Below, piece after piece: positions 1 through 10,939 of a stretch of 64,000 nucleotides of DNA. The position numbers were made by a program, and so were the translations under genes. The stretch is from Takakia lepidozioides (Eukaryota > Plantae > Bryophyta). Position 1 is the first letter of the stretch. Each line of letters starts with the position of its first letter. Under the pieces are notes generated by a model, which saw only the letters and a list, made by a program, of their open reading frames with translations, made no database searches and was not told where the DNA came from. The DNA lies in NCBI GenBank assembly GCA_030704615.1, contig CM060731.1, positions 61,442,001 through 61,506,000 on the forward strand, in the 5' to 3' direction.

Positions 1-3000
1 AGAATTCCAAGGGAAATCTCATAGCAAAGTGTGAGATAGAGAACGAACTCTATAAGCTAGGAACTGCATTACAAAACTCACAAGTCATGGCAATGCCAAC
101 TGTCTTAGAGACTAACAAGGCAAACCTATGGCACTGTAGATTAGGTCATATGAACCAAGCTAGAATGCATTAGATGCAAACTAACTCAATGGTTAGAGGG
201 TTGGATTCAGTAGATGTTAGGAAACTAACATTATGTAGAGATTGCATCTCAGGAAAACAACACTGAGAGAAATTCCCTGTAGAGGGAGGCACGAGAGCTA
301 CTGAACTGTTAGGCCTCGTACATACTAACATTTGTGGACCGATGCAAACTCTCACACACAACGGTTTTAAGTATTTCATCACATTTATAGATGATGTTTC
401 AAGGTTTATTGTTGTTTATTTGTTAAAACAAAAGTCAGAGGCATTTGAGAGGTTTAAACAGTATAAGTTACTGGTTGAAAATCAGCTAAGTAAGAATATC
501 AAGGTTCTAAGGGCTGATGGGGGTGGTGAATACATTTCTAATGAGTTTAATTTATTCTGTCAAGAGAGTGGCATAAAGAGGCAGTTTATTGTAGCAGGAA
601 CACCACAACAGAATGGGATGTCTGAGAAGAAAAATAGGACCTTAGTGGAAGCAGTACTTTCCATGCTACACCATGCTAGCTTACCAAATGTCTATTGGGG
701 TGAAGCTCTTATGACTGCCACATACCTACAGAATAGGTCACCAACCAAAGCTCTACAGAATAACAAAACACCCATAGAGTTATGGACAGGTGTGAAACCT
801 GATGTATCACACTTGAAAGTCTTTGGCTGTAGAGCCTTTGCACTAGTACAGAAGGATAATAGACGCAAACTAGACTCACACACTGTCGAGTGTACATTTT
901 TGGGCTATAGTGAATAGACTAAGGGTTACAGATTAATGACCAAACAAAAGACAATTATCATTTCCGGAGATGTGATATTCCATGATGATAGTAATGACAC
1001 AGTGGGAGATGCTATAGAAGAAGGAACACAAGCAGACAAAGATTCAATGCTATTAGATCGATATTTCTTTAAGCAATATGCAAACACTAATAATTTACCA
1101 CTTCCTCGCACTCACATAGTACCACAAAACACTCACACAAGTCCAAGTGTGCAACCTTCTCAAATACCCTCTCAGTTTCCTAGGCCAAGTCAAGTAGTGG
1201 GAGCACTACCATCACCACTGAGCACAGGTTCAATTTATCAGCCTTATGATGACATAGAGGATATAGTGAGAGAAAATACCTCACCCATCGTAGGGAGGGA
1301 TTCAAGACAGGCCAGGAGAGAGACATCAAGCTCACCAGGAAATAGACGAGCTACTAGAATCAAGAAACCACCTGATAGGTTGATTGAGAGTATAGAAGGT
1401 AGGAAACCCTGGAGAGCACTTTTGACACAAGCTTCTGTAAACGAACCTGTTACCTTGAAGGAGGCTTTATCTTGTTCCGAAGCGGAACAATGGAAGAATG
1501 CTATAGATTTTGAGCTGGAATCTTTAAAAAGAAACAAAACATGGACAGCCATGAAGCTACCAGAGAATAGAAAACCTATAGGTTGTAAATGGCTGTTCAA
1601 AGTAAAACTTCGGGCAGATGGGAGTGTGGATCGCTATAAAGCAAGATTGGTAGCAAAATGATACTCACACATCTGGACTAGATTATACAAAGACCTTTTC
1701 ACCAGTAGTCAAATTAGCATCTATACGAGTGATACTTGCGCTTGCGGCTCAGTTTGATTTGGAAGTTCAACAACTTGATGTTAAGACTGCCTTCTTGAAT
1801 GGCTTCATAGAATAAGACATTTATATGGAGTTCCCAGAAGGAGTCATACAAGAGAGCAAATCTGGTTTAGCTTGTAAGCTGAACAAATCACTTTACGGGC
1901 TCAAGCAATCATCACGGGCATGGTACCCAAAGATTTGACACCTATTTGATGACAATAGGGTTTGATCGAAGCGTAGTTGATTCGAACGTCTACGTGCAGT
2001 GGAAGAGCACGAGTTACCTTATTCTGGCATTATATGTTGATGATACTATATTGGCTAGCAATGATGTAAATTTCTTGCAAGAGATCAAGAAGCTCCTCGA
2101 ATCTGAATTTGAAATGATGGATATGGGGGAGATTCACTACTGCCTTGGGATGCAGATTTCAAGAAACAGGGGAGAAGGATGGATCAGATTGTTGCAAGAA
2201 AGGTATTTGCTTGGAGTGTTGCAAAGATTCGAAATGGAAAATTGTAAGCCAATTAGCACCCCAATGGAGACCAGGGAGAAGCTAACAAAGTCAGATTGCC
2301 CAGAAACTGAATATGGAAAAGCTTTGATGCAAGAAGTGCCTTATTCACAAGTAGTCGATTGTTTGATGCATGCTGTTGTCAACACCCGACTTGATTGCTC
2401 ATTTGCAGTGGGTAGTCTCGCTCAATTCCTATCAAACCCCGGAGAGCCTCATTGGCAGGCAGCAAAGAGGGTGATGAGGTACATAAAAGGCACTCTTCAC
2501 ATTGGAATTCAGTATTGTAAATCGGACAAAGGAGCAACCCTAATAGGTTTTTTAGACGCGGATTGGGCTGGAGACATAGACACTCGATGTTCAACATCGG
2601 GTTTTTGCTTCAAGCTAGCAGGTGGTGCAGTAAGCTGGTCAAGCAAAAAGCAGAGGTCCGTGGCTTTGTCAAGTACTGAATCCGAATACATGGCTTTATC
2701 AAAGGCTGCAACAGAGGCAGTGTGGCTCAGGAGTCTGATGATGGACTTGGGATCAGAAGAAGGTTACTATAATTTATGCAGATAATCAAAGTGTAATAGC
2801 GCTATCTGCAAATCCTAAGTTTCATGCTCGTAGTAAGCATATTGACATCCAGTATCACTACATACGAGAAAAGGTCCAGTCGAAGGAAGTGACACTGGAG
2901 TACCTTCCAACATCTGAAATGATTGCTGATTTCTTGACGAAGAGCGTTCCGAAGGATAAACACTTTCTTTATGCGAGAGGGGCTGGATTGAAGTGGAATA

Positions 3001-3376
3001 AGAAGCCAAAGCAAGATTTAGAAAAGATGGAAGACACTACGTATATACTGCCAGAGTAATAGTGGGAGTGAAGGAATACATCTATAATTCTCTGTCAGTG
3101 TATAATGTAGGATGTACTAGATTATAGATTAAGGATGTGTAGTTACATCCAAGTCTTACATCTGAAGTGGTTAGGTGGTTGAAGTCACCAAGGAGTGTGG
3201 AATGGTACAGAGCTCAATAGTTGAGTAGATGTAGAACCACCAGACTCAGCCGAGACACAGAGAGTGCAGATCTCTCTTGTGAACACTTTCTCTCTTGATG
3301 TAAGATCTATTTAATCTAGTTCTATGTTCTACACGATTATGTGTGTGATTGACTATGGATATAATAGGTGTTTTCA
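1..3376 (+). mobile_element. Ty1/copia LTR retrotransposon A (decayed pol; 5' part outside window)
   Basis: Integrase zinc finger LWHCRLGH...CRDC (~127-246). Integrase core FIDD / RADGGGEY / TPQQNGMSEKKNRTL (342-917). RT KWLFKVK...RYKARLVAK, LDVKTAFLNG, LYVDD. RNase H DADWAGD...WSSKKQRSVALSSTESEY...SKHIDIQYHY...MIADFLTK. Copia order INT-RT-RH. Interrupted by stops and frameshifts. Confidence 0.97.
3069..3376 (+). repeat. 3' LTR of copia A
   Basis: Follows purine-rich tract AGTGGGAG (3061-3068). Starts TGAA and ends TTCA (terminal inverted tetramer). Integrase-coding sequence of another element resumes right after it. Confidence 0.75.
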
Positions 3377-5710
3377 CACCTCGTATACCTCAGCAGAACT
3401 GTGTCTGAGAGCGCAAAAATTGCACTCTACTTGAACATGCAAGGAGTATGGTACTTGAAGCTAATCTACATGAGTTCCTGTGGTCAAAAGCTGCACGAAT
3501 ACAGCTGCTTATCTGATCATTCGGTGCCCTTCACATGCAAATGCTGGTATGACTCCACATGATAAATCTACAGGTAGCAAGCCGGTAATTTCTCATCTCC
3601 GTATTTTTGGCAGCAAGTCTTTTGTTTATGTTGATAAGCAATATATGGGTAAGCTGGATCCAAAATCCATAGTTTGCATCCTAGTTGGTTATGACAGTGA
3701 AACCAAGGCGTACAGTTTATTCAATCCTACCACACGTAAGGTCTTTGTCAGTCGAGATGTGAAGTTTATCGAGAAGATTCCTGCAGCTGCTCCGAGGAGA
3801 TGTACCGGAAGGGGAGCGACACTCCGATCCAGGTCAAATGCAGGAAGGGAACGATGATTCATCTGAATCAGTGGTGATTTTACCAGATTTACCGACCCCT
3901 CATACTACTGGTCACATTAATGTTGATCTTCAACTTGACCCGGAAGATGATGTGCACATTCACGATGAGAAATTGTACCTACTCAAACAGCTCTCGAGCA
4001 AGTTGCCACTCCTGTGCATATGATTGAACGTAGGTCAACGAGAATTCGTCGAAGGCCAGCTCTCTTGGATGACTATGTGAATGTGGTTGAGATTGAGGAA
4101 CCTGCAAATTTTCATGAAGCTTCTCAGGTGGAAGGCTGGTGCAATGCAATGCAGTCAGAAATGGACTCAATTTCCAAGAATAAAACTTGGGAATTAGTGG
4201 ATCTTCCTCCTGGAAAAACTCTGATCACAGCTAAGTGGGTTTACAAAGTTAAGCAAAAAGTTGATGGGTCACCTGGCAAACTCAAAGCAAGGCTGGTTAC
4301 GCGTGGTTTCCAATAGCGAGAGGGAATTGATTATGACGAGACGTTTGCCCTTGTGGTGAAATGGGCAACTATGCGATCGATTGTTGCACTTGTCGCATAC
4401 TCCAATTGGGAAATCTTTCACATGGATGTCAAAACTGCGGCTGAATTTCTTCATCTCGAAAGGCATCATGATCACTCAAAGAGGGTATATTAAGAAAATG
4501 CTTGCTAAGTTTGGGTTCTCTAATTGCAATCCACACAAAGTGCCTATGATCGAGAATCTCAAGTTGTCAATTGACATGGGCACCCCCTTGGCAGATGCAA
4601 CGTTATATCGAAGCAAGATAGGCAAGCTTGTTTACTTGACGAATACCAGGCCCGACTTGGTATACCCAATTGGCGCGGTGAGTCGTTACATGGAGATACC
4701 ACAGAAGTCTCACATGGATGCAGTCGATCACATCTTGCGATATGTCGCTGGTACAGTGGATTATGGAATTTTATATCGAAGGGGATCAAGTACTATGCTA
4801 AATGGTCACACAGATGTAGATTGGGCGGGCGAGAGTGATAGTCGACACTCCACCTTAGGATATGTTTTCAGAATGGGAGAAAGTGCAATCACTAGGAGCT
4901 CCAAAAAACAACCAACTGTGGCGTTGTCATCCACCAAAGCCGAATACCGTGCGCTCACTGAAGCTGCCAAAGAGACGACCTGGTTGCGAAGACTATATGA
5001 GGAGTTGGGTTTTCTATAGGATGGACCAACTGTGATCAAATGTGACAATCAGAGTAGTGCAAAGATTGCTCAAAACCCAGTCTTCCATTCTCGCACGAAA
5101 CACATTGAGGTACATTACCACTATGTCCGCGAGAAGATTGAAAGTCAAGAAGTTGAATTGATTCATGTGGCCACACAAGATCAAATCGTTGATATTATGA
5201 CTAAACCATTGGGAAGGCAAAAGTTTGAGAAATTTAGAGCAGCATTGGGTGTCTGTAGTCCGTCCGAGATCAACAGCAAAAGAAAACTCAACTGATACTG
5301 TCGACAGCTCTCTATCTACTCTTCATCATTGTTTCTCTTGTACTCTCGATATGATTTCTTCTCCCTGCATGTGCACTCAACCAACAGAAAGAAAAAACCC
5401 GTAAGATGCTGAGATTGAGAGGGGTGTTAGAATTTAGTAACTCTCTTAGCAAGGCCCACTCGTGAGGTGGCCTCCCATGTGTTATTTATTTCAATTCAGT
5501 GTTAGTCAATACATTAGTTGCTTTCGAGGTTACATTCCTGGTTTATAGGCTTTCCCCAACCACTATTGTATTTTTACTACTAGTTAATGCACTACTTCAG
5601 ATAAGTAGGCTGCTCTCCAAGGGCTTTGTATTCCGGTTGTATCAAACTACTGTTCAGTAAAGCATTCAGGATGACCGTCCCTCCTCATATTTCTCTCATA
5701 TTTCTGTACA
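3377..5710 (+). mobile_element. Ty1/copia LTR retrotransposon B (decayed; host of copia A)
   Basis: Resumes mid-integrase (IPQQNCV*ERKNCTLLEHARSM), then SH3-like KLDPKSIVCILVGYD, RT KWVYKVK...LKARLVTRGF and MDVKTA, RNase H DVDWAG...SKKQPTVALSST...CDNQS...TKHIEVHYHYVRE...VDIMTKPL, stop at 5295. Confidence 0.96.
5425..5710 (+). repeat. 3' LTR of copia B
   Basis: PPT GAGATTGAGAGGGG (5411-5424) followed by TGTTAGAA. End inferred at TTCTGTACA (5710), an imperfect inverted match to the start. Confidence 0.65.
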
Positions 5711-5775
5711 ATTGGTTGGGACTTGGGACTCCAGGGGATTTGTTTTGACTGAGCTGATTATTTACGGGTTTGCAG

Positions 5776-7345
5776 CATCCCATGAAGGCCAAGCATTGTA
5801 CAGAAGTTGGTGGGGTGTGAGTTGGAGAGAAATTCAGAAGCGGCTAGACCTGGCAAGCTTTATGTAAGTTAAAGTCTCGGTTAAAGTTTAGCCTGTTCCA
5901 CTGGATCTTCTGGCATGGTTTCATGTTTCATTCCTCTTTCCATTCCCCACTCCCCCTAGGCAATGGTCGATCGATATACTTTCTTACAGGACCCGATGTT
6001 TCTGATACTGGATGGGCAGGTGCAGCTAGTCATATACTGGTCACCTAGAGCTTCCTTTGGTACCTCTTTGTCATGCATGCGAGTTTTCTGACTATGAACT
6101 CTTAGTAATTGTGGTGTATAGACTTTGAAGTTCATCAACATGTCCAGCCAGGAGGCTGTTTATACAAAGCAGGCAAGACCTCGGATATCCGTTGGTATCG
6201 CTGAGGCTCTGAGCTCAATAAAAAAGTTGTGACAGTAATATTCGTTGACATATACAAGCGTTGCCAGAAGCCTCTGGATACCCCACACATGCAGGGACGG
6301 TCTGGCACTTCGAAAAGTGGAATAAACTTGTTACCGAGCTCCTTCAGGTTAGAGAGTTTAGTACCAGGGTGGTTATCCCCTCTCGATGCCTCACAGCGAT
6401 AATTATTTTAATTATTTGGTTCTTTTTGTATTTTTTTTTCTAACATGGAGTGCTTCCCCTAACTTGGGGGGACCCAATGAATATGGAGTGTCTATGCTGT
6501 TGTTTCTACATGGTACTCAGGGCTTCATTTCAGATTTGAAGGAAGATGCCATGGGGTTCATGGGTGTTCTTTGATTCGACTGTTTCTTTGCTGACGGACA
6601 AATTTTTATTGGGAAAACCCTGGTAGCATGATGTCAATGGTAGACCTTAATGTAGCACCAGATTATCATTCGGGCACAAGGACCATTGTGATATCAGGTT
6701 GGTGTTTCTAAACCGGCTGCGGAAGAGTTAGCAGCCTGAGCCATACTGCAACTATTTGTCAGAGCTAACGTCCATAGGGCCCTATCAATCTGGACACCTG
6801 CCCCCAAAAAGCTGCAGCCAACTCTGAAACTGTAGTTTTTTCTATGGAAGCAACACCACCTCAATCCTAGTATTCTGGCGGCACCACCATTTGGTGGTTT
6901 TTGTTCCTCCTGTTGAGATTAATCTTTACCTGGTTTCAGCTGCACTCAATGGTAGAGTTAGTCTTCAAAGTATTCTGCAGTATGAACCAGCATCAGTTAC
7001 ATGTATGGCAGGCATATCATATGTTTAGTTTAGATGAGAATAGTTGTGTTTGATTGCTTCTGGCTGACTTGTCTAGATGTGGCGGGAAGGATGATGAAAA
7101 CAATGCTGAAGTAGAATGCCTCTGTGCTTTTCATGTGTATACAGCATGGTGTCATGGACTCACCATTTCTGAAGATAACAAGTCATCTAATGCTTCTTGC
7201 AAGTGGATTTGGTACTGGGGAGACACAAGGTCAGCATAGTATTAGGGAGCACAGTCAAATTTGGGATGCAGATTCCTCTTGGTGGGTAAACTCTACAATA
7301 GGCTCTTGGAGGGTTTGCTATGCAGTGGTTCATCAGATATTTTAG
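5776..7345 (+). pseudogene. Putative multi-exon gene remnant, family not recognised
   Basis: Segments 5776-5863, 5960-6019, 6152-6347, 6521-6563, 6656-6697, 6940-~7011 and 7077 onward have AG acceptors and GT (one GC) donors. They join phase-compatibly into ...KLVGCELERNSEAARPGKLY AMVDRYTFLQDPMFLILDGQ EAVYTKQARPRISVGIAEALSSIKK/..HIQALPEASGYPTHAGTVWHFEKWNKLVTELLQ GFISDLKEDAMGFM APDYHSGTRTIVIS AALNGRVSLQSILQYEPASVTCMA DVAGRMMKTMLK*. One frameshift and about three stops. Confidence 0.5.
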
Positions 7346-7456
7346 TAGTGTATCAACCAACAATAAAGGTAATAAAGGTATGTCGTAGCCAATACTGTAA
7401 GGAAATGATGGATGAACTAAGCGGCTGTGCAGTGTAAAGGAGAGACTCCCACCTTT

Positions 7457-7839
7457 TCAGTACTCCCAACATGAACAAACTCCGTCGTCAAACTGTTCAA
7501 ATCCCTTGTGATAATTGCTCGGTCAATAATCCTTGAGATCAACTTGGTGGCAGCATGGGAGTCAGGCCTCTTGCTGAAACAGAGAGGCATTCCAGGGGCT
7601 GTGATGATCAGCATGGGCTGCAAAAAAGCAAAGTGGTAAAGAGAATTCCTCTTGCCATCATGCAATACACAGTATTTGTCAGGCACATGCACAAACCGTG
7701 TGGCTGCAACCTCAATGCAGCAGCCATCTGGCTCCTTTCTGACCCCTCTAAAACTTCATCATTTTCCTCACCTTTGCAGCATCATCCCACCTGCAGCTGC
7801 AGCATAGATGTTTGACAGCAAAACGTAAGTTGCTGCATC
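7457..7839 (-). pseudogene. Degenerate E2/E+/DYW deaminase tail of the PPR gene
   Basis: After the TAG: DAATYVLLSNIYAAA/RWDDAAKVRKMMKF/RGVRKEPDGCCIEV...HVPDKYCVLHD...SLYH...IITAPGMPLCFSKRPDSHAATKLISRIIDRAIITRDLN/FDDGVCSCWEY*. This follows the E2, PG-box and DYW consensus with frameshifts and deletions. Confidence 0.88.
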
Positions 7840-10497
7840 CTATTGATCCCACTTGAGAATAGATGTTGCCACACGTTCTGCCATCTCCACATTGCCATGA
7901 ATTCTGCAGGCACCAAGCAAGGCCTTCCACACCACAGCATCTGGTTTGATTGGCATTTTGTTAATGAAGTCCTCTGCCTCATCCAACTGCCCCGCACGGC
8001 CAAGAAGGTCCACCATGCAGCCAAAGTGCTTTACTGTTGGAGTGACGTCTTGACTCAGGGAATCAAAGTAGTGTCTGCCTTCATCCACTAGGCCAACATG
8101 GTTACATGCAGAGAGAACACATATGAAAGTGATACTGTCTAGCTTCAATCCTTCCTTTTGCATTCCCTCAAAAAGTTGCAGAGCCTCCCTATGATAACCA
8201 TGCAGGGCATATCCTGCAATCATTGCATTCCATGACACCACATCTCGTTCAGCCATATTGTCGAACACTTCCTTTGCATCCTTCATGCTCCCGCATTTGG
8301 CATACATGTCCACAATTGTATTGTTCAGAACCATATTTGGTACAATTCCAGCTTTCACAATGTCACCATGGACCTCTTTGCCCTTTTCCAGGGCTGCCAG
8401 GCTGGCACACGCATTGCAAACGCTAACAAACGTGACCTCATTGGGTGTCACCCCTTCCCGCAACATTTGCTCATAGGTCTCCAAAGCCTCCACCCCAGGC
8501 CCATGTTGGGCATATCCTCCAATCATCACATTCCAGGACACCACATCTCGTTCAGCCATATTGTTGAAGACTCCCTTTGCATCCTCAAAGCTCCCACATT
8601 TGGCATACATGTCCACCAGGGCAGTGCCTAGAATATGATCTGGTGCAATTCCAGCTTTCATGATATCACCATGGACCTCTTTGCCCTTTTCCAGGACTGC
8701 CAGACTGGCACATGCATTGCAAACACAAACAAATGTGACCTGGTTGGGTTTCACCCCTTCCCTCATCATTTGCTCATATGTCTCCAAAGCATCCTTGATG
8801 CTCCCGCATTTGGTATACATGTCCACTAGGGCAGTGCCTAGAATGACATCTGGTACAATTCCAGCTTTCATGATGTCACCATGGACCTCTTTGCCCTTTT
8901 CCAAGGCTGCCAGGCTGGCACACGCATTGCACACGCATACGAATGTGACGTGGTTGGGCTTCACGCCTTCCTGCATCATTTGCTCATAGGTCTTCAAAGC
9001 CTCCATCCCACAGGCATGCAGGGCATATCCTGCCACCATCGCATTCCAGGAGACCACATCTCGTTCAGCCATATTGTTGAACACTTCCTTTGCATCCTTG
9101 ATGCTCCTGCATTTGGCATACATGTGCACGAGTGTATTGTTCAGAATTATATTTGGTACAATTCCAGCGTTCAGGATTTGACCATGAACCTCTTTGCCCT
9201 TCTCCAGGCTGGCACACGCATTGCAAACGCAAACGAACGTGATCTGGTTGGGTGTCCACCCCTCCTGCATCATTTTCTCATAGGTTTCCAAAGCCTCCTC
9301 CGCCAACCCATGCTGGGCATATCCTGCAATCATTGCATTCCATGACACCACATCTCGTTCAGCCATATTGTCGAACACTTTCTTTGCATCCTTCATGCTC
9401 CCACATTTGGCATACATGTCCACAAAGGTATTGTTCAGAATCAAATTTGGAACTAGTCCAGTTTTCATGACGTCACCATGGACCTCTTTGCCCTTTTCCA
9501 GGGCTGCAAGGCTGGCACACGCATTGCAAACGCTAACAAACGTGACCTGGTTGGGCTTCACCCCCTCCTGCATCATTTGCTCATAGGTCTCCAAAGCCTC
9601 CTTCCCACATCCATGCCGGGCATATCCTCTGATCATCACACTCCAGGACACCACATCACGTTTAGCCATATTGTTGAACACTACCGTTGCATCCTTAATG
9701 CTCCCACATTTGGCATACATATCCACCAGGGCTGTGCCCAGAATAACATCCGGTACAATTCCAGCTCTGATGATGTCAGCATGGATCTCTTTGCCCTTTT
9801 CCAAGGCTGCCAGGCTGGCACATGCATTGCAAACATGAACGAATGTGACGTGGTTTGGCTTCCACCCTTCCAACATCATTTGCTTATATGTCTCCAAGGC
9901 ATTCTTACCACAGCCATGCTTGGTAAAACCTGCCATCATTATATTCCACGTGGTCAAACCTCGGTCAGGCAATTTGTTGAACAGCAGGTGTGCATCCACA
10001 ATGCTCCCACATTTCATATACATGTTAACAAGGGTGTTCTGTAGAAACAGGTTTGGCTTGAATCCACTTTGGAAAATGTGAGCATGCACCTTCTTTCCCG
10101 CTGCTAGGCCTTTCACCTTGATGCACTTTTGCAAAAGACAGACATAGGTATCTGAATCTACTGAACTGCCTCGTTGGTTCAAAATTTGCAGAGCCTCTTT
10201 CAGGCATCCTGTCTCACATCGCATCCTTACATCCCCAGAACCGCCTGCAGAAATCTTCTGGACTCCCGCTCTCAGTCCTCTTCCAGAAGCAGTGGTCATA
10301 GCACAGGTGCTTGATTTTATCAACTGTGCTGCCCCTGCTGCTTCCAGTTGACTGTCTAACCATGTAGGTTTCTTGCAGCTATGAATCCACGGCGGCTCAT
10401 TGGTACTCTTTCGCTTGAAATCCAGCCGCCTATGGTGGATTGGGACCCACACTCCATCGCTGCCTCCTTGAGCTCTCCCTGCCTCCGCAAATAGCAA
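7840..10497 (-). CDS. PLS-class pentatricopeptide repeat protein (organellar RNA-editing factor type), ~22 PPR motifs plus E1
   Basis: 885-aa ORF of repeating P (DVVSWNAMIAGYAQHG), L (PNQVTFVSVCNACASLAALEKGKEVH) and S (ILGTALVDMYAKCGSIKDA) motifs, then P2-L2-S2 (HFGCMVDLLGRAG) and E1 (VWKALLGACRIHGN). Start uncertain: the ORF track starts at TTG, the first ATG is at 10299, and TAGCAGCAG just upstream could be a splice acceptor. Confidence 0.95.
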   Translation of the reverse strand: MLFAEAGRAQGGSDGVWVPIHHRRLDFKRKSTNEPPWIHSCKKPTWLDSQLEAAGAAQLIKSSTCAMTTASGRGLRAGVQKISAGGSGDVRMRCETGCLKEALQILNQRGSSVDSDTYVCLLQKCIKVKGLAAGKKVHAHIFQSGFKPNLFLQNTLVNMYMKCGSIVDAHLLFNKLPDRGLTTWNIMMAGFTKHGCGKNALETYKQMMLEGWKPNHVTFVHVCNACASLAALEKGKEIHADIIRAGIVPDVILGTALVDMYAKCGSIKDATVVFNNMAKRDVVSWSVMIRGYARHGCGKEALETYEQMMQEGVKPNQVTFVSVCNACASLAALEKGKEVHGDVMKTGLVPNLILNNTFVDMYAKCGSMKDAKKVFDNMAERDVVSWNAMIAGYAQHGLAEEALETYEKMMQEGWTPNQITFVCVCNACASLEKGKEVHGQILNAGIVPNIILNNTLVHMYAKCRSIKDAKEVFNNMAERDVVSWNAMVAGYALHACGMEALKTYEQMMQEGVKPNHVTFVCVCNACASLAALEKGKEVHGDIMKAGIVPDVILGTALVDMYTKCGSIKDALETYEQMMREGVKPNQVTFVCVCNACASLAVLEKGKEVHGDIMKAGIAPDHILGTALVDMYAKCGSFEDAKGVFNNMAERDVVSWNVMIGGYAQHGPGVEALETYEQMLREGVTPNEVTFVSVCNACASLAALEKGKEVHGDIVKAGIVPNMVLNNTIVDMYAKCGSMKDAKEVFDNMAERDVVSWNAMIAGYALHGYHREALQLFEGMQKEGLKLDSITFICVLSACNHVGLVDEGRHYFDSLSQDVTPTVKHFGCMVDLLGRAGQLDEAEDFINKMPIKPDAVVWKALLGACRIHGNVEMAERVATSILKWDQ

Positions 10498-10939
10498 TGC
10501 AGATGCCCTCTGCTGCTATCAGCTGACAACACTAAATTTTATCTGACAAATATCTAATTTGCAACAGAGTAGTTCCTATGCCGTTTAAAAATGTGTTTTG
10601 GAGAGAGGCAGGATGAGAAATTTTCAAGAAAGCTTTTCAGTGCATCTTGTTGTCCGCCTTCTTCTGTTTGATAACAGACATACAGATTTCTGCCTCGATT
10701 GTTCCACCACTGACTGGAGTTTACATCTATTCCTTCCATAGCTTCTCCTTGTCTCTGTTTTCAGTTTTTGGATATTTGTGGACTACCCTGTTGGCAGTAA
10801 CATGTGAAAAAACACTGTGAACGACCATAGATCCACCGGATGAGCTAACTTCGAACACTTAACTTGAAAAATTAGGCATAAATTTAATAAGAGGACAAAA
10901 CAAGCCTAAATGTCTTGAAGAAGAAGGTGCCCTCACCAC

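Noticed and set aside
7417-7692. Stand-alone DYW protein or U-to-C (DYW:KP) variant
   Set aside because: The ORF starts at a non-ATG codon, lacks the HxE and CxxC ligands and is frameshifted before CSC. It is too decayed to assign a subtype, and the WEY* end fits an ordinary DYW.
7843-10207. Overlapping and antisense ORFs within the PPR gene
   Set aside because: Shadow frames produced by the repetitive coding sequence.
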